A DNA stretch of 64,000 bases. It comes from Alphaproteobacteria bacterium (lineage in GTDB: Bacteria > Pseudomonadota > Alphaproteobacteria > UBA2966). The DNA lies in the NCBI GenBank assembly GCA_018654745.1, contig JABILA010000006.1, positions 18,598 through 82,597 on the forward strand. Reading direction: 5' to 3'. The notes beneath the pieces are model-generated. The model was not told where the DNA came from. It did no database searches and was given only the letters and a program-made list of their open reading frames with translations. Shown piece by piece: positions 9,729 through 19,082 of the stretch; within the stretch, counting starts at the first letter, position 1, and each line of letters starts with the position of its first letter. Made by a program: the position numbers and the translations under genes.

Positions 9729-10919
9729 TTATGTCGATTGTACCTGTGGATCAAAGGCGATGAAGTCATAGATCGCAGCCTCGCCAGCCTCGGGCGGCGG
9801 AGGGTAGATCAGTTTTTCATTGATGTTCCGCTTGAGTGTTTTTGCCTCTTCTCCGGTTTTGGAAACTTCACGCTCCCACCCCGTTGTGAAAACGGCACCC
9901 ATAGGGCCCAGGTCCATACAGGTCACATAACGTTCCTGCTGATATTTTCGCATGGCCTTATTCGTTAAATCCCGCACAGCATTATGCCCGGCGTGCTGAC
10001 CCAGCTTGAGCGCATGTTGGCAGGACATCATCGAGACGTGCTGATCATCCGTCATGGCCCTGGCGACATCCCCGGCAACGAACACAGAAGGGAAATCGTC
10101 GAGTTTCAGGAATTCGTTTACAGCAAGCCTTCCGGTTTCGTCCAACGGCGTATCAAAACATCTGGTCAGTGGACTGGCTTCAAGACCGGTTGCGAAGATC
10201 ACCGTGGACGTTTTGATAACTTCGCCGCTTTCCAATGTCAGGCCTTGCGCATCAAGGGACGTTACTGAAACGCCTGTTTTCACCTCAATCGAACAGCTTG
10301 CCAGGGTTGAATTAATTATTGGCCTGGCACTGTCACCCAATCCCTCTCCGACATCCGCTGCCTGGTCGAGCAGGACAATCCTTGCACTTTTCCCAAATTG
10401 GCCCCGTAGTTCTGTTGCTGTTTCAATACCTGTAAAACCGGCACCCACAACCACAAAGGTCGAAGAAGCTTCACAGCTATCCTTATCCAGATTGCCAAGA
10501 TGCTTATCAAGCCTGGCCGCCCCTTCATAACTGTCGTTGTCAAATCCGTATTGCAGAGCGCCTGGAATGGGCAATTTGCGCAATTGACTACCGGTGGCAA
10601 GGATGAGGCTGTCCCATGACAGGTTTTGGTCGCCGTCATTGTTTTGCAGGTTCAGCATCTTTGTGGATGGATCAATGTTTGAGACTTCGGCAACCCTGAA
10701 CCCGACATCGATGGCCGCCAATAGCGGCGACAGGGGAACCCGCATTTCTTCCTTTGCCCCTTGATAAAGTCGGGGACGAATGACCAAAGCCGGGTCTTTG
10801 CTGATCAAGGTTATTGCCATTTCTTGTGCCGATAGACCCTGGCGGTTGCGCTCGGCTGCAGCACTCATGGCCGCCCACACACCGGCGAACCCACCACCCA
10901 CAATCACGATATTTTTCAT
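9729..10919 (-). CDS. FAD/NAD(P)-binding oxidoreductase, type II NADH dehydrogenase (NDH-2)-like
   Basis: 396 aa. Two Rossmann dinucleotide motifs (IVIVGGGFAGVWAA and FVVVGAGFTGIE). Confidence 0.75.
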   Translation of the reverse strand: MKNIVIVGGGFAGVWAAMSAAAERNRQGLSAQEMAITLISKDPALVIRPRLYQGAKEEMRVPLSPLLAAIDVGFRVAEVSNIDPSTKMLNLQNNDGDQNLSWDSLILATGSQLRKLPIPGALQYGFDNDSYEGAARLDKHLGNLDKDSCEASSTFVVVGAGFTGIETATELRGQFGKSARIVLLDQAADVGEGLGDSARPIINSTLASCSIEVKTGVSVTSLDAQGLTLESGEVIKTSTVIFATGLEASPLTRCFDTPLDETGRLAVNEFLKLDDFPSVFVAGDVARAMTDDQHVSMMSCQHALKLGQHAGHNAVRDLTNKAMRKYQQERYVTCMDLGPMGAVFTTGWEREVSKTGEEAKTLKRNINEKLIYPPPPEAGEAAIYDFIAFDPQVQST

Positions 10920-10980
10920 TTCTTCTGCTCCGTCAATTAATCATTGCCAGCGATTACAACATTTGCAAAAATGAAAATCT

Positions 10981-11028
10981 ATATGCAATTTATGCAATTG
11001 GATTCGCAAATATGCAATTTACAAACAA
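10981..11028. promoter_or_regulatory. tripled ATGCAATT(T/G) direct repeats in the divergent NDH-2/LysR intergenic region (candidate LysR operator)
   Basis: ATATGCAATTT-ATGCAATTG-GATTCGCAAATATGCAATTT. The last copy overlaps the LysR start codon. Confidence 0.35.
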
Positions 11029-11935
11029 ATTGTCCTGGGACGACTACCGATATGTGTTGGCTATATTCAGAGCACAGGGGGTAACAGGTGCTGCGGCCGA
11101 TATGGGTGTGAACGTATCAACTGCTTTTCGGCGGTTGGACAAAATCGAAGCCATTGTAAGAACGATGCTGTTTGATCGCCAGCGCGGCGGGTACGTGCCG
11201 ACAGCGGCTGGACAGGAAGTTGTCCGGGCTGCAGAGATCATGGAGCAAGCGGCATTTTCTGCCGATCGCACTGTCAGCGGTCATGATCAGGACCTGACCG
11301 GTGAATTGCGTATTACAGCAACCGAAACCATGGCTGTTTGTTTTCTGACCCGGCACATGAAATCGTTTCGGCAAAAGCATCCTGGCCTGACGGTAAATAT
11401 CAGCAGCGAGAACCGGGTTCTCAGCCTGGCCGAGCGAGAAGCCGACATCGCCCTGAGGCCCAGACGCCCGACAGACGAAGCCCTGGTTGGCCGCAAGATC
11501 GCGAATTTACGCTGGGGGATATATGGACGCTCTGACCGGATAAAGGAAATTCCCGGAACAAAGAAACTGAAGGACCTGTCTGACCTTGCGGGGCAACAAT
11601 TCGTTGTCTGGGACGGTGGGGCGCTGGCGAAAGAAACTGAAGACTGGATGGTCGACAATATTCCGGACGTCGACCTGGTGCTTCGATCAAGCAGTCTGAT
11701 TACCAATGCCCAGGTCGCGGCAACAGGGGCTGCCCTGACATTGCTGCCTTGCATCGTTGGCACGATCTGGCAAGATCTTGAGCCTGTCATCAGTCCGTTA
11801 AAAGACAACGAGAAATCCGGCGAACTCTGGCTGGCCTTTCATGAAGACATGCGTCACAACGCCCGCGTCCGGGCACTTGTTGAACATATAGCCGAGGCAG
11901 CATCAGAAGACACCGCTTTGTTTGAGGGTCGCTGA
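11012..11935 (+). CDS. LysR-family transcriptional regulator
   Basis: Start moved to Met 11012 (ORF track 10814). N-terminal HTH (LSWDDYRYVLAIFRAQGVTGAAADMGVNVSTAFRRL) plus a LysR substrate-binding domain. Divergent from the NDH-2 gene. Confidence 0.8.
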   Translation: MQFTNKLSWDDYRYVLAIFRAQGVTGAAADMGVNVSTAFRRLDKIEAIVRTMLFDRQRGGYVPTAAGQEVVRAAEIMEQAAFSADRTVSGHDQDLTGELRITATETMAVCFLTRHMKSFRQKHPGLTVNISSENRVLSLAEREADIALRPRRPTDEALVGRKIANLRWGIYGRSDRIKEIPGTKKLKDLSDLAGQQFVVWDGGALAKETEDWMVDNIPDVDLVLRSSSLITNAQVAATGAALTLLPCIVGTIWQDLEPVISPLKDNEKSGELWLAFHEDMRHNARVRALVEHIAEAASEDTALFEGR

Positions 11936-12027
11936 CGACGATCTTTTTAAAGGCCACTGCATTCCATCTTGCTGCCGAATGCGCAAGGATAGTTTGATCG
12001 TCGTAGATACAGTTCGGGAAATGTCTC

Positions 12028-12792
12028 ATGAAAAAAGTTGTTGTCGTCACCGGCGCCGCGCGCGGTATTGGCCTCGCGACGTCTAAAAAATTCCTCGCCG
12101 AAGGCTGGCAGGTTATCATGATCGATATTGATGGCGCAGTCCAAACCACGGCCAGAAATTCACTCGACGCGGATGACCTTACACTGGCAATTGAATGTGA
12201 TGTCTCGGAACCAGAGCAGGTTACACTTGCTGTCGAAGAAGGCCTCGCCAGGTTTGGCCGGATCGATGCCCTGGTGAACAATGCCGGCATCGCCGTCTTC
12301 AAGCCTGTTGTTGAAACCAGTTTCGAAGAATGGTCGCGTGTTCTGGCCGTAAACCTGAACGGCCCTTTCATCTGTACCCAGGCTTGTGTTCCGGCGATGA
12401 TGGCCAATGGTGGCGGCAGCATTGTCAATATTACCTCTATCTCTGGCACCCGGGCATCGATGTTGCGCGTCGCCTATGGCACCAGCAAAGCCGCCTTGAT
12501 GCATTTGACGAAACAACAAGCGGCAGAACTTGGCAATCATGGCATCAGGGTCAACGCCGTCTCCCCCGGTCCGGTCGACACAGCCATGGCAAAGGAAGTC
12601 CATACTGCGGATATACGCGCTGATTATCATGACGCCATCCCTTTGAACCGTTACGGCACCGAAGAAGAACTGGCCGAAGCTGTGTATTTTCTGTCCAGTG
12701 ACAAGGCCAGCTATATCAATGGTCACACCCTGAATGTGGATGGTGGCTTTGCCGCCACCGGCATTGGACTTCCGAGTATTCGCACGACTTGA
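12028..12792 (+). CDS. SDR family oxidoreductase
   Basis: MKKVVVVTGAARGIGLA (TGxxxGxG), NNAG, YGTSKAAL (YxxxK). Confidence 0.8.
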   Translation: MKKVVVVTGAARGIGLATSKKFLAEGWQVIMIDIDGAVQTTARNSLDADDLTLAIECDVSEPEQVTLAVEEGLARFGRIDALVNNAGIAVFKPVVETSFEEWSRVLAVNLNGPFICTQACVPAMMANGGGSIVNITSISGTRASMLRVAYGTSKAALMHLTKQQAAELGNHGIRVNAVSPGPVDTAMAKEVHTADIRADYHDAIPLNRYGTEEELAEAVYFLSSDKASYINGHTLNVDGGFAATGIGLPSIRTT

Positions 12793-13069
12793 CGCAGTAT
12801 CGCCTGTCGCTTTGGCCGATCAGAAATCGCTGATCTGGCTGAGCAGTTTTGCATAGAAAATGTCAAAAATGGGCTGATAAGGCCCTCTGAAGTCATCAAA
12901 TCAACCTGAATCTGACTTTTTGACCCACGAATGATCATTTCGTGGGGGGCTGATTCCGTGAACAATTCAATATAGTTACCGCACTGCAGCGTAATATTAA
13001 GTAATATTATTCGCTTTATTAAATATTATTTATTGACACATTAGATTTTGCCAGCCTATCCTCCTGCCC

Positions 13070-13093
13070 GAAATCGATTTCAGGTCCTGAAAT
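13070..13093. promoter_or_regulatory. overlapping perfect palindromes GAAATCGATTTC / ATTTCAGGTCCTGAAAT upstream of the sugar ABC operon (candidate operator)
   Basis: The sequence is self-complementary. It lies about 190 nt upstream of the SBP start in a 490-nt AT-rich intergenic region that also contains a TTGACA hexamer at 13033-13038. Confidence 0.3.
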
Positions 13094-13284
13094 TTATTTC
13101 AGTCGGCAACGCAAAAATAACAGTCCCTGGTTCAGACCGCATTGCCGATCAAAACAAAGGAATTTTGAACCAGGGGGGGTTAAGCGAAATTTATCGAAGG
13201 GCGTGCCGGGCTGGCCAAGGGGAAGTTACCAATCAACCGGTTCTGCACGCAGCCAACAGGCAAATTTACAACAGGAGATTAATC

Positions 13285-14295
13285 ATGAGTATTAAAAAAG
13301 CACTTCTTGGCGCAACAGTCGCGCTGGTGGCTGGACTGGCCACACAATCTGCAACCGCTGGAACCAAATTCGCATGTGAGCCGGGCGAAACCTACATCAT
13401 GAACGTGATGGTTTCGAGCCACCCATACTGGGTGCCTGTCTATCAGGGCTACAAACAGGCAGCACAGGCCATGGGCTGTGAAGTCATTTTCTCAGGCACA
13501 CCTGACTATGACATCACCAAGCAAATCGCTTCTTTCGAACAGGATCTGGCCAAGAAGCCTGCCGGCATCCTGTTGCACCCGATGAATGCTGACCCGTTCA
13601 TTGAGCCGATTAACCGCGCCATCAAAAACGGCACTCAGGTCGTGACTTTTGCGGCAGATTCGCCCAAATCAAACCGGGTTTCCTACATCACTTCCGACAA
13701 CCTCGCCGAAGCCAAATATGCGGCCGACGAAATCGCCGGTCTGATGGGCAAAAAAGGTGAGTATGGTGTTCTGGAAAATCCAGGTCAGTCAAACCATGAC
13801 TTGCGCGTCACAGCCTTCATCGCCTACATGAAGAAAAACTACCCGGACATGAAACTGGTTGGCCGTCAGGCAACAAACCAGGATGCGTCCAAAGCTTATA
13901 CTGCAGTATCATCCATGATCCAGGCCAACCCGAAACTTGGCGCGCTGTGGATCCCTGAAGCTGGTTCTGCTGAAGGTGCTGTTGCAGCCGTTCTGGAAGC
14001 AAAAGCAAAAGTCATCATCATGCATGCTGACGTTACACCCGTAACGCTGGAGCACATCAAAGCCGGTAACATCCACAAGGCCTTGAACCCGAACCAGGGC
14101 ATGCAAGGTTACATGGGTTTCATGCTGACTTTCATGGCCACACGTTCCGGCCTGATCGACCCCTTCAACGACTACAAGCGTACAGGCTTCAACCCGATGG
14201 GCGTGCCTTTTGTTGACAACGGTTTCGCCGTCATCACCAAAGCCAATGCCGACGATTTTGAACTCGGTACATACATGAAGGGTCGCTCTCAGTAA
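13285..14295 (+). CDS. sugar ABC transporter periplasmic substrate-binding protein (periplasmic-binding-protein type I fold)
   Basis: Start moved to Met 13285, with AGGAGA RBS 7 nt upstream. Signal peptide (MSIKKALLGATVALVAGLATQSATA) followed by a ribose/galactose-type SBP body. Confidence 0.8.
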   Translation: MSIKKALLGATVALVAGLATQSATAGTKFACEPGETYIMNVMVSSHPYWVPVYQGYKQAAQAMGCEVIFSGTPDYDITKQIASFEQDLAKKPAGILLHPMNADPFIEPINRAIKNGTQVVTFAADSPKSNRVSYITSDNLAEAKYAADEIAGLMGKKGEYGVLENPGQSNHDLRVTAFIAYMKKNYPDMKLVGRQATNQDASKAYTAVSSMIQANPKLGALWIPEAGSAEGAVAAVLEAKAKVIIMHADVTPVTLEHIKAGNIHKALNPNQGMQGYMGFMLTFMATRSGLIDPFNDYKRTGFNPMGVPFVDNGFAVITKANADDFELGTYMKGRSQ

Positions 14296-14456
14296 GCGAC
14301 TTCTTTCGACCGGACTGCTGTCCGCCGGACTTGAACTTCCTCCCTGTAGTTCAATCTGGCGGGCAGCAACCCTCCCCCCTTTATCCATTTACATAGTTCG
14401 CGACTTCGGCAGCGATGTTGTCTCCGCGCGAACTTTGCAAATCGAAAGTCAGGGCC

Positions 14457-16016
14457 ATGTCACCGCAAACAGTGTTGAAAATTTCGAAAATCAGCAAATC
14501 GTTCGGCGCCACGCAGGCCCTGAACGCGGTTGATTTTGAACTCCGCACCGGCGAAATCCACGCCCTGGCCGGAGAGAATGGCGCTGGCAAATCGACGCTG
14601 ATGAACATCATTGACGGCATTCATCAACCGGACAGCGGCGACATCTATATCCACGGGAAAAAGGTCAATATCTCGTCGCCGGCAGAAGCCCAGCAAATGG
14701 GCATAGGGTTTGTTCATCAGGAAATCGCCCTGTGTCCCGATATCACCGTGGCAGAAAATATCTTCATGGCGCAAACCAACGCCAGCAAATCCATCCTGAT
14801 GAATTACAGTGATCTTCACACAAAGGCCCGTGAGGTCTTTGCACAATTAAGCCCCATTGATCCGGGAACACTGGTCAAGAATCTTTCAATTTCCAACCAG
14901 CAACTCGTTGAGATCGCCAAGGCCCTGACGCTTGATTGTCGCATCCTGATTCTGGATGAACCAACTGCGGCACTGACGGAGACCGAAGCGCAGGTTTTGT
15001 TCAGAATCATGAAAAACCTGACCGCCAATGGCATTTCGATCATTTACATCTCTCATCGCATGGTCGAAATTTTTGAAAACTGTGACCGTGTTTCTGTCTT
15101 CCGGGATGGCCAGCATATCGTCACCAATGACGTGGCCGACATCACGCCCGATGACGTCGTTAACAGTATGGTCGGACGTGTTATCGACAATCTTTATCCA
15201 CCCAAACAATCAGACGCTGAGGTGACTGGCGAGGTCATTCTGAAAGTTGACAATTTCTGTGAAGCCAGTCGTTTCAGGAACGTCTCCTTCAACGTCAATC
15301 GCGGTGAAATCCTGGGGATGGCCGGATTAATCGGGGCTGGCCGCAGTGAAATTGCCAAGGGGATCTGCGGTCTGGAAGGCGAAGCCGTCACCGGCGATTT
15401 ATCGCTGGAAGACCAACCCATGGAAATCAGGAACTATCAGGACAGCATTGCCAATGGCATGGTCTATCTATCCGAAGATCGCAAAGGCGATGGTGTTTTT
15501 CTTGATCTCTCAATCGCCGCCAATATCTCGGCTTTGTCAGTTGAGCAAGTTTCCACGAACCTGGGCATTGTCGATAATGCCCGGGAAGCCAGCCAGGCAC
15601 TGACACTCGGGGAACGACTGAACCTCAAATACGGACACATCAATCACCCGGTGTCTTCCTTAAGCGGCGGCAACCAACAAAAAGTCGCCATCGCCAAAAT
15701 GTTGTCGGTCAATCCGAAGGTGATCTTCCTGGATGAGCCGACCCGCGGCGTCGATGTTGGTGCCAAATCCGAAATTCACAAAATCCTGCGCGACCTGGCC
15801 CGCGATGGTGTGGGCATCATCGTTATTTCTTCAGAGCTGCCGGAACTGATCGGCCTGTGTGATCGCGTCATGGTCATCCGGGATGGGATCATCAGTGGTG
15901 AAGTCGACGGCGATCAGATGACGGAAGAAAACATCATGCATCTGGCATCAATCGCCCAGACAGAAGCGCTGGCGAGCACACGACCAGAGCAATATAAAAC
16001 GGGGACACCATTATGA
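14457..16016 (+). CDS. sugar ABC transporter ATP-binding protein with duplicated ATPase domains
   Basis: Two Walker A sites (GENGAGKST, plus a degenerate [10 protein letters not shown]) and signature LSGGNQQK. Typical of RbsA/MglA-type ATPases. Confidence 0.85.
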   Translation: MSPQTVLKISKISKSFGATQALNAVDFELRTGEIHALAGENGAGKSTLMNIIDGIHQPDSGDIYIHGKKVNISSPAEAQQMGIGFVHQEIALCPDITVAENIFMAQTNASKSILMNYSDLHTKAREVFAQLSPIDPGTLVKNLSISNQQLVEIAKALTLDCRILILDEPTAALTETEAQVLFRIMKNLTANGISIIYISHRMVEIFENCDRVSVFRDGQHIVTNDVADITPDDVVNSMVGRVIDNLYPPKQSDAEVTGEVILKVDNFCEASRFRNVSFNVNRGEILGMAGLIGAGRSEIAKGICGLEGEAVTGDLSLEDQPMEIRNYQDSIANGMVYLSEDRKGDGVFLDLSIAANISALSVEQVSTNLGIVDNAREASQALTLGERLNLKYGHINHPVSSLSGGNQQKVAIAKMLSVNPKVIFLDEPTRGVDVGAKSEIHKILRDLARDGVGIIVISSELPELIGLCDRVMVIRDGIISGEVDGDQMTEENIMHLASIAQTEALASTRPEQYKTGTPL

Positions 16017-17050
16017 GTACTCTAGAAGCGACCCTCACTGCTGGTCCAGGACAACCAGGCCAATCAGGACAACCGGAGCACAGACAGGACGTCAGTGCCA
16101 TGGCCCGGTTAAAGCGCATTGCAAGCATGCGCGAAACCGGCCTGATCGTTATTATCGCAATCCTTTTCATCGTGATGTCTTTTGCTTCTCCCTATTTTCT
16201 GACATGGGTGAACATGCGAGCCATGACCATGGCTTTTGCGGTTGAAGGTATTGTCGTTGTCGGCATGACCATCTTGCTGATTTCGGGCGGCATTGATCTG
16301 TCCGTGGGGTCTGTAGTGACTTTTGCCATGGTCCTTGCTGGTTGGTTATTTCTGAACGGCGTCGATCCGTGGACGGCCTCGGCGATTACGATTGTCGCCT
16401 GTGCAGGTGTTGGTGGGGCCATGGGCTGGTGTGTGACCCGGATCGGGCTGCATCATTTTATTGTCTCATTGGCTTTCATGGTGATCGCCCGTGGTGCCTG
16501 TTTGCTGATTACCCAAGGTCGCCCGTTGGGCCTGTATACCTTGCCCGCGGAGTTCAAGTTTATTGGTCAGGGCGCCATCGGCCCTGTCCCCTTTGTCATA
16601 ATATTGTTTGTCGTGTTGGTTATCGTCTTCGACTTCATGCTGCGCCGAACAACAATTTTCCGGAAGGTATTCTACACAGGCAGCAACGAAAAAGCGGCAG
16701 CCTATTCCGGTATTCGAACCAAGAAGGTGGTCTTCCTGTCGACCGTTCTATGTTCGACCCTTTGTGGCATCGCAGGCGTAATCTATATGGCGCGCTTCGC
16801 GTCTGCACCGCCGCATTTTGGTCTTGGCATGGAATTGAACGTCATTGCGGCAGCGGTCATCGGGGGCGCCAGTCTGAACGGCGGCGTCGGCACAATCCTG
16901 GGTGCCATTCTCGGCGCTGTGTTGCTTTCGGTCGTGACCAGTTCGCTGGCCCTGCTGGATGTCTCGGTCTACTGGCAGGATATCATTCGCGGCTCAATTC
17001 TTCTGGCTGCGGTATCCTTTGACCACATGCTGAACAAGAAAAAAGCCTGA
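16013..17050 (+). CDS. sugar ABC transporter permease (RbsC/branched-chain type)
   Basis: ATGA overlap with the upstream ATPase gene. Multi-TM hydrophobic protein of 345 aa. Confidence 0.85.
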   Translation: MSTLEATLTAGPGQPGQSGQPEHRQDVSAMARLKRIASMRETGLIVIIAILFIVMSFASPYFLTWVNMRAMTMAFAVEGIVVVGMTILLISGGIDLSVGSVVTFAMVLAGWLFLNGVDPWTASAITIVACAGVGGAMGWCVTRIGLHHFIVSLAFMVIARGACLLITQGRPLGLYTLPAEFKFIGQGAIGPVPFVIILFVVLVIVFDFMLRRTTIFRKVFYTGSNEKAAAYSGIRTKKVVFLSTVLCSTLCGIAGVIYMARFASAPPHFGLGMELNVIAAAVIGGASLNGGVGTILGAILGAVLLSVVTSSLALLDVSVYWQDIIRGSILLAAVSFDHMLNKKKA

Positions 17051-17070
17051 TCAGTAGCGACGACCAGATT

Positions 17071-18039
17071 ATGACTGATGTTCAAACATACGAATCGGCC
17101 CGACAGATTTACCGCGTCTTGATGATGCATTATGTCGAGCAAATGAAGCAGTCCGATATTGCTGTCGAAATGAAACTGTCGACGGCCAAGGTCAATCGCC
17201 TGATCAAGCAAGGCCGCGATCAGGGTATGCTTGAAATTTCGGTGAACACGCCGTGGCAGCCACAATTTGATCTGGAAAACCGCATCGCTGATGTCAGTGG
17301 CCTGGTTGACGCCGTCATCACGCCAACCCTGTCAGAGCAAACCGACATTGTTCTGAAGTCTGTTGGCCAGGCTGCCGCTTTGTACTTACTGGAAAACCTG
17401 AAGGACGGGGACACGATTTGTATCTCTGGTGGTCGCGGCGTCAGCGCTGTCATTGAGGCCCTGAGGCCGGAGAGGAAATACGACGTAACCGTTGTTCCGG
17501 CAACCGGAGGCGTGCAAGGCAAGCTTTATACAGACGTCAATTACGTTGCCGCACAGATGGCTGAAAAGCTGGGCGGTACGGCCTTCCAGATCCATGCGCC
17601 CTTGTTTGCAGAAACAGCCGAACAAAGAGACATGTTGCTTGCCATGAGCCAGGTGAAGGAAGTTCTTGATCGTGCCCGTGAAGCAACGATAGCCATCGTC
17701 GGTATTGGCTCCATCTTGCCAGAAAGTTCCAGTTTCTTTGATCTATATGAAGGCGCGGAGCAAGACCGGAAAAGCATCGTGGGCGGTGGCGCAGTTGCAG
17801 AAATGCTTGCCCATCTGGTCGACCGGCGCGGCAGTCCAGGTCCCTATGACCTGAATGACCGCATCATTGGGTTAACGCTGCCAGAAATGCACAAAATCCC
17901 ACTATCAATCGGCGTCGCCGCTGGTGCCGACAAGGCCGTACCAATCCACTGCGTTCTGCAAGGACAACATATCAAGGTGCTTGTTTCAGACGAAGCAACC
18001 GCCAACCTGGTTTTGAAAAAATATCATGAGGAAAAGTAG
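17071..18039 (+). CDS. SorC/DeoR-family sugar-binding transcriptional regulator
   Basis: N-terminal HTH (QSDIAVEMKLSTAKVNRLIKQGR) plus a C-terminal sugar-phosphate-binding domain. Sits in the same operon as the transporter and catabolic genes. Confidence 0.75.
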   Translation: MTDVQTYESARQIYRVLMMHYVEQMKQSDIAVEMKLSTAKVNRLIKQGRDQGMLEISVNTPWQPQFDLENRIADVSGLVDAVITPTLSEQTDIVLKSVGQAAALYLLENLKDGDTICISGGRGVSAVIEALRPERKYDVTVVPATGGVQGKLYTDVNYVAAQMAEKLGGTAFQIHAPLFAETAEQRDMLLAMSQVKEVLDRAREATIAIVGIGSILPESSSFFDLYEGAEQDRKSIVGGGAVAEMLAHLVDRRGSPGPYDLNDRIIGLTLPEMHKIPLSIGVAAGADKAVPIHCVLQGQHIKVLVSDEATANLVLKKYHEEK

Positions 18040-19056
18040 ATGACTGATACCGCCACTATGGAAAGACCATCTGTCACCACGCGCAAGCTTGGGCAAACAG
18101 ATATCGACGCATCTGTTGTCGGCCTGGGAACCTGGGCCATTGGCGGCTGGATGTGGGGTGGAACGGACGAGGACCTGTCCATCAAGGCGATCAAGGCAGC
18201 CCTTGATACCGGGGTATCCCTGATAGATACAGCCCCTGCGTACGGTATGGGCCGATCAGAAGAAATCGTCGGCAAAGCAATTGAAGGCCGTCGCGACGAA
18301 GTTGTCCTGGCAACCAAATGCGGTCTGGTCTGGCATACCCAACAAGGCAATCATTTTTTCGACAATGATGACAAGCCGGTCCATCGGCATCTCGGCGCTG
18401 ACTCCATTCGCTATGAGCTGGAACAAAGCCTGAAACGTCTACGTACTGATTACATCGACCTTTACATCACGCATTGGCAAGACCCGACAACACCTGTTGC
18501 CGAAACCATGGGTACGTTGATGGAACTGAAGGCAGAAGGAAAGATCAGGGCCATCGGCGTCAGCAACGTCAGCCCCGATGACCTGAAATCCTATGTGGCG
18601 GAAGGCCCTGTGGACGCCATTCAGGAGAAATACAGCATGCTGGACAGGGATATCGAGGATACCTTGCTTCCGCTGTGTGCAGAACATGGCATTTCAACGT
18701 TAAGCTACTCTTCTCTGGCCCTGGGGTTGTTGTCCGGCAAGATCGGGCCTGACCGTACATTTGACGGGGATGACCTTCGCATTGGCGACCCACGCTTCAG
18801 TCCGGCCAATCGAGAGAAAATTGCTTCGCTGTTTGACGAAATCCGGCCCATTGCAAAAAGTCTGGATGCAACCCTGGCGCAACTGGTAATTGCCTGGACA
18901 TTATCGCAACCCGGCATTACGTATTCTTTATGTGGTGCCCGCAATCCTGAGCAAGCATCGGAAAACGCTGTCGCCGGGTCCCTGGTGTTGTCTCCTGATC
19001 AAATTACCAAAACGGGTGCGGCTGTTGATCGATACCTCAAGGATATGGACGCCTAG
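18040..19056 (+). CDS. aldo/keto reductase
   Basis: 338 aa. AKR motifs (GLGTWAIGG...IDTAPAYG). Confidence 0.85.
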   Translation: MTDTATMERPSVTTRKLGQTDIDASVVGLGTWAIGGWMWGGTDEDLSIKAIKAALDTGVSLIDTAPAYGMGRSEEIVGKAIEGRRDEVVLATKCGLVWHTQQGNHFFDNDDKPVHRHLGADSIRYELEQSLKRLRTDYIDLYITHWQDPTTPVAETMGTLMELKAEGKIRAIGVSNVSPDDLKSYVAEGPVDAIQEKYSMLDRDIEDTLLPLCAEHGISTLSYSSLALGLLSGKIGPDRTFDGDDLRIGDPRFSPANREKIASLFDEIRPIAKSLDATLAQLVIAWTLSQPGITYSLCGARNPEQASENAVAGSLVLSPDQITKTGAAVDRYLKDMDA

Positions 19057-19082
19057 AGAAGATCCGGACCGAGGAAACAAAC

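Noticed and set aside
10054-10530. 158-aa plus-strand ORF
   Set aside because: Antisense to the NDH-2-like gene. Ser/Pro/Ala-rich low complexity, typical of a GC-rich antisense frame.
10981-11028. short direct repeats considered as a possible CRISPR or mobile-element end
   Set aside because: Only three 9-11-bp copies with irregular spacing inside a promoter. No cas genes, no transposase or integrase anywhere in the window. Interpreted as a regulator binding array.
12160-12726. 188-aa minus-strand ORF
   Set aside because: Antisense to the SDR gene at 12028-12792.
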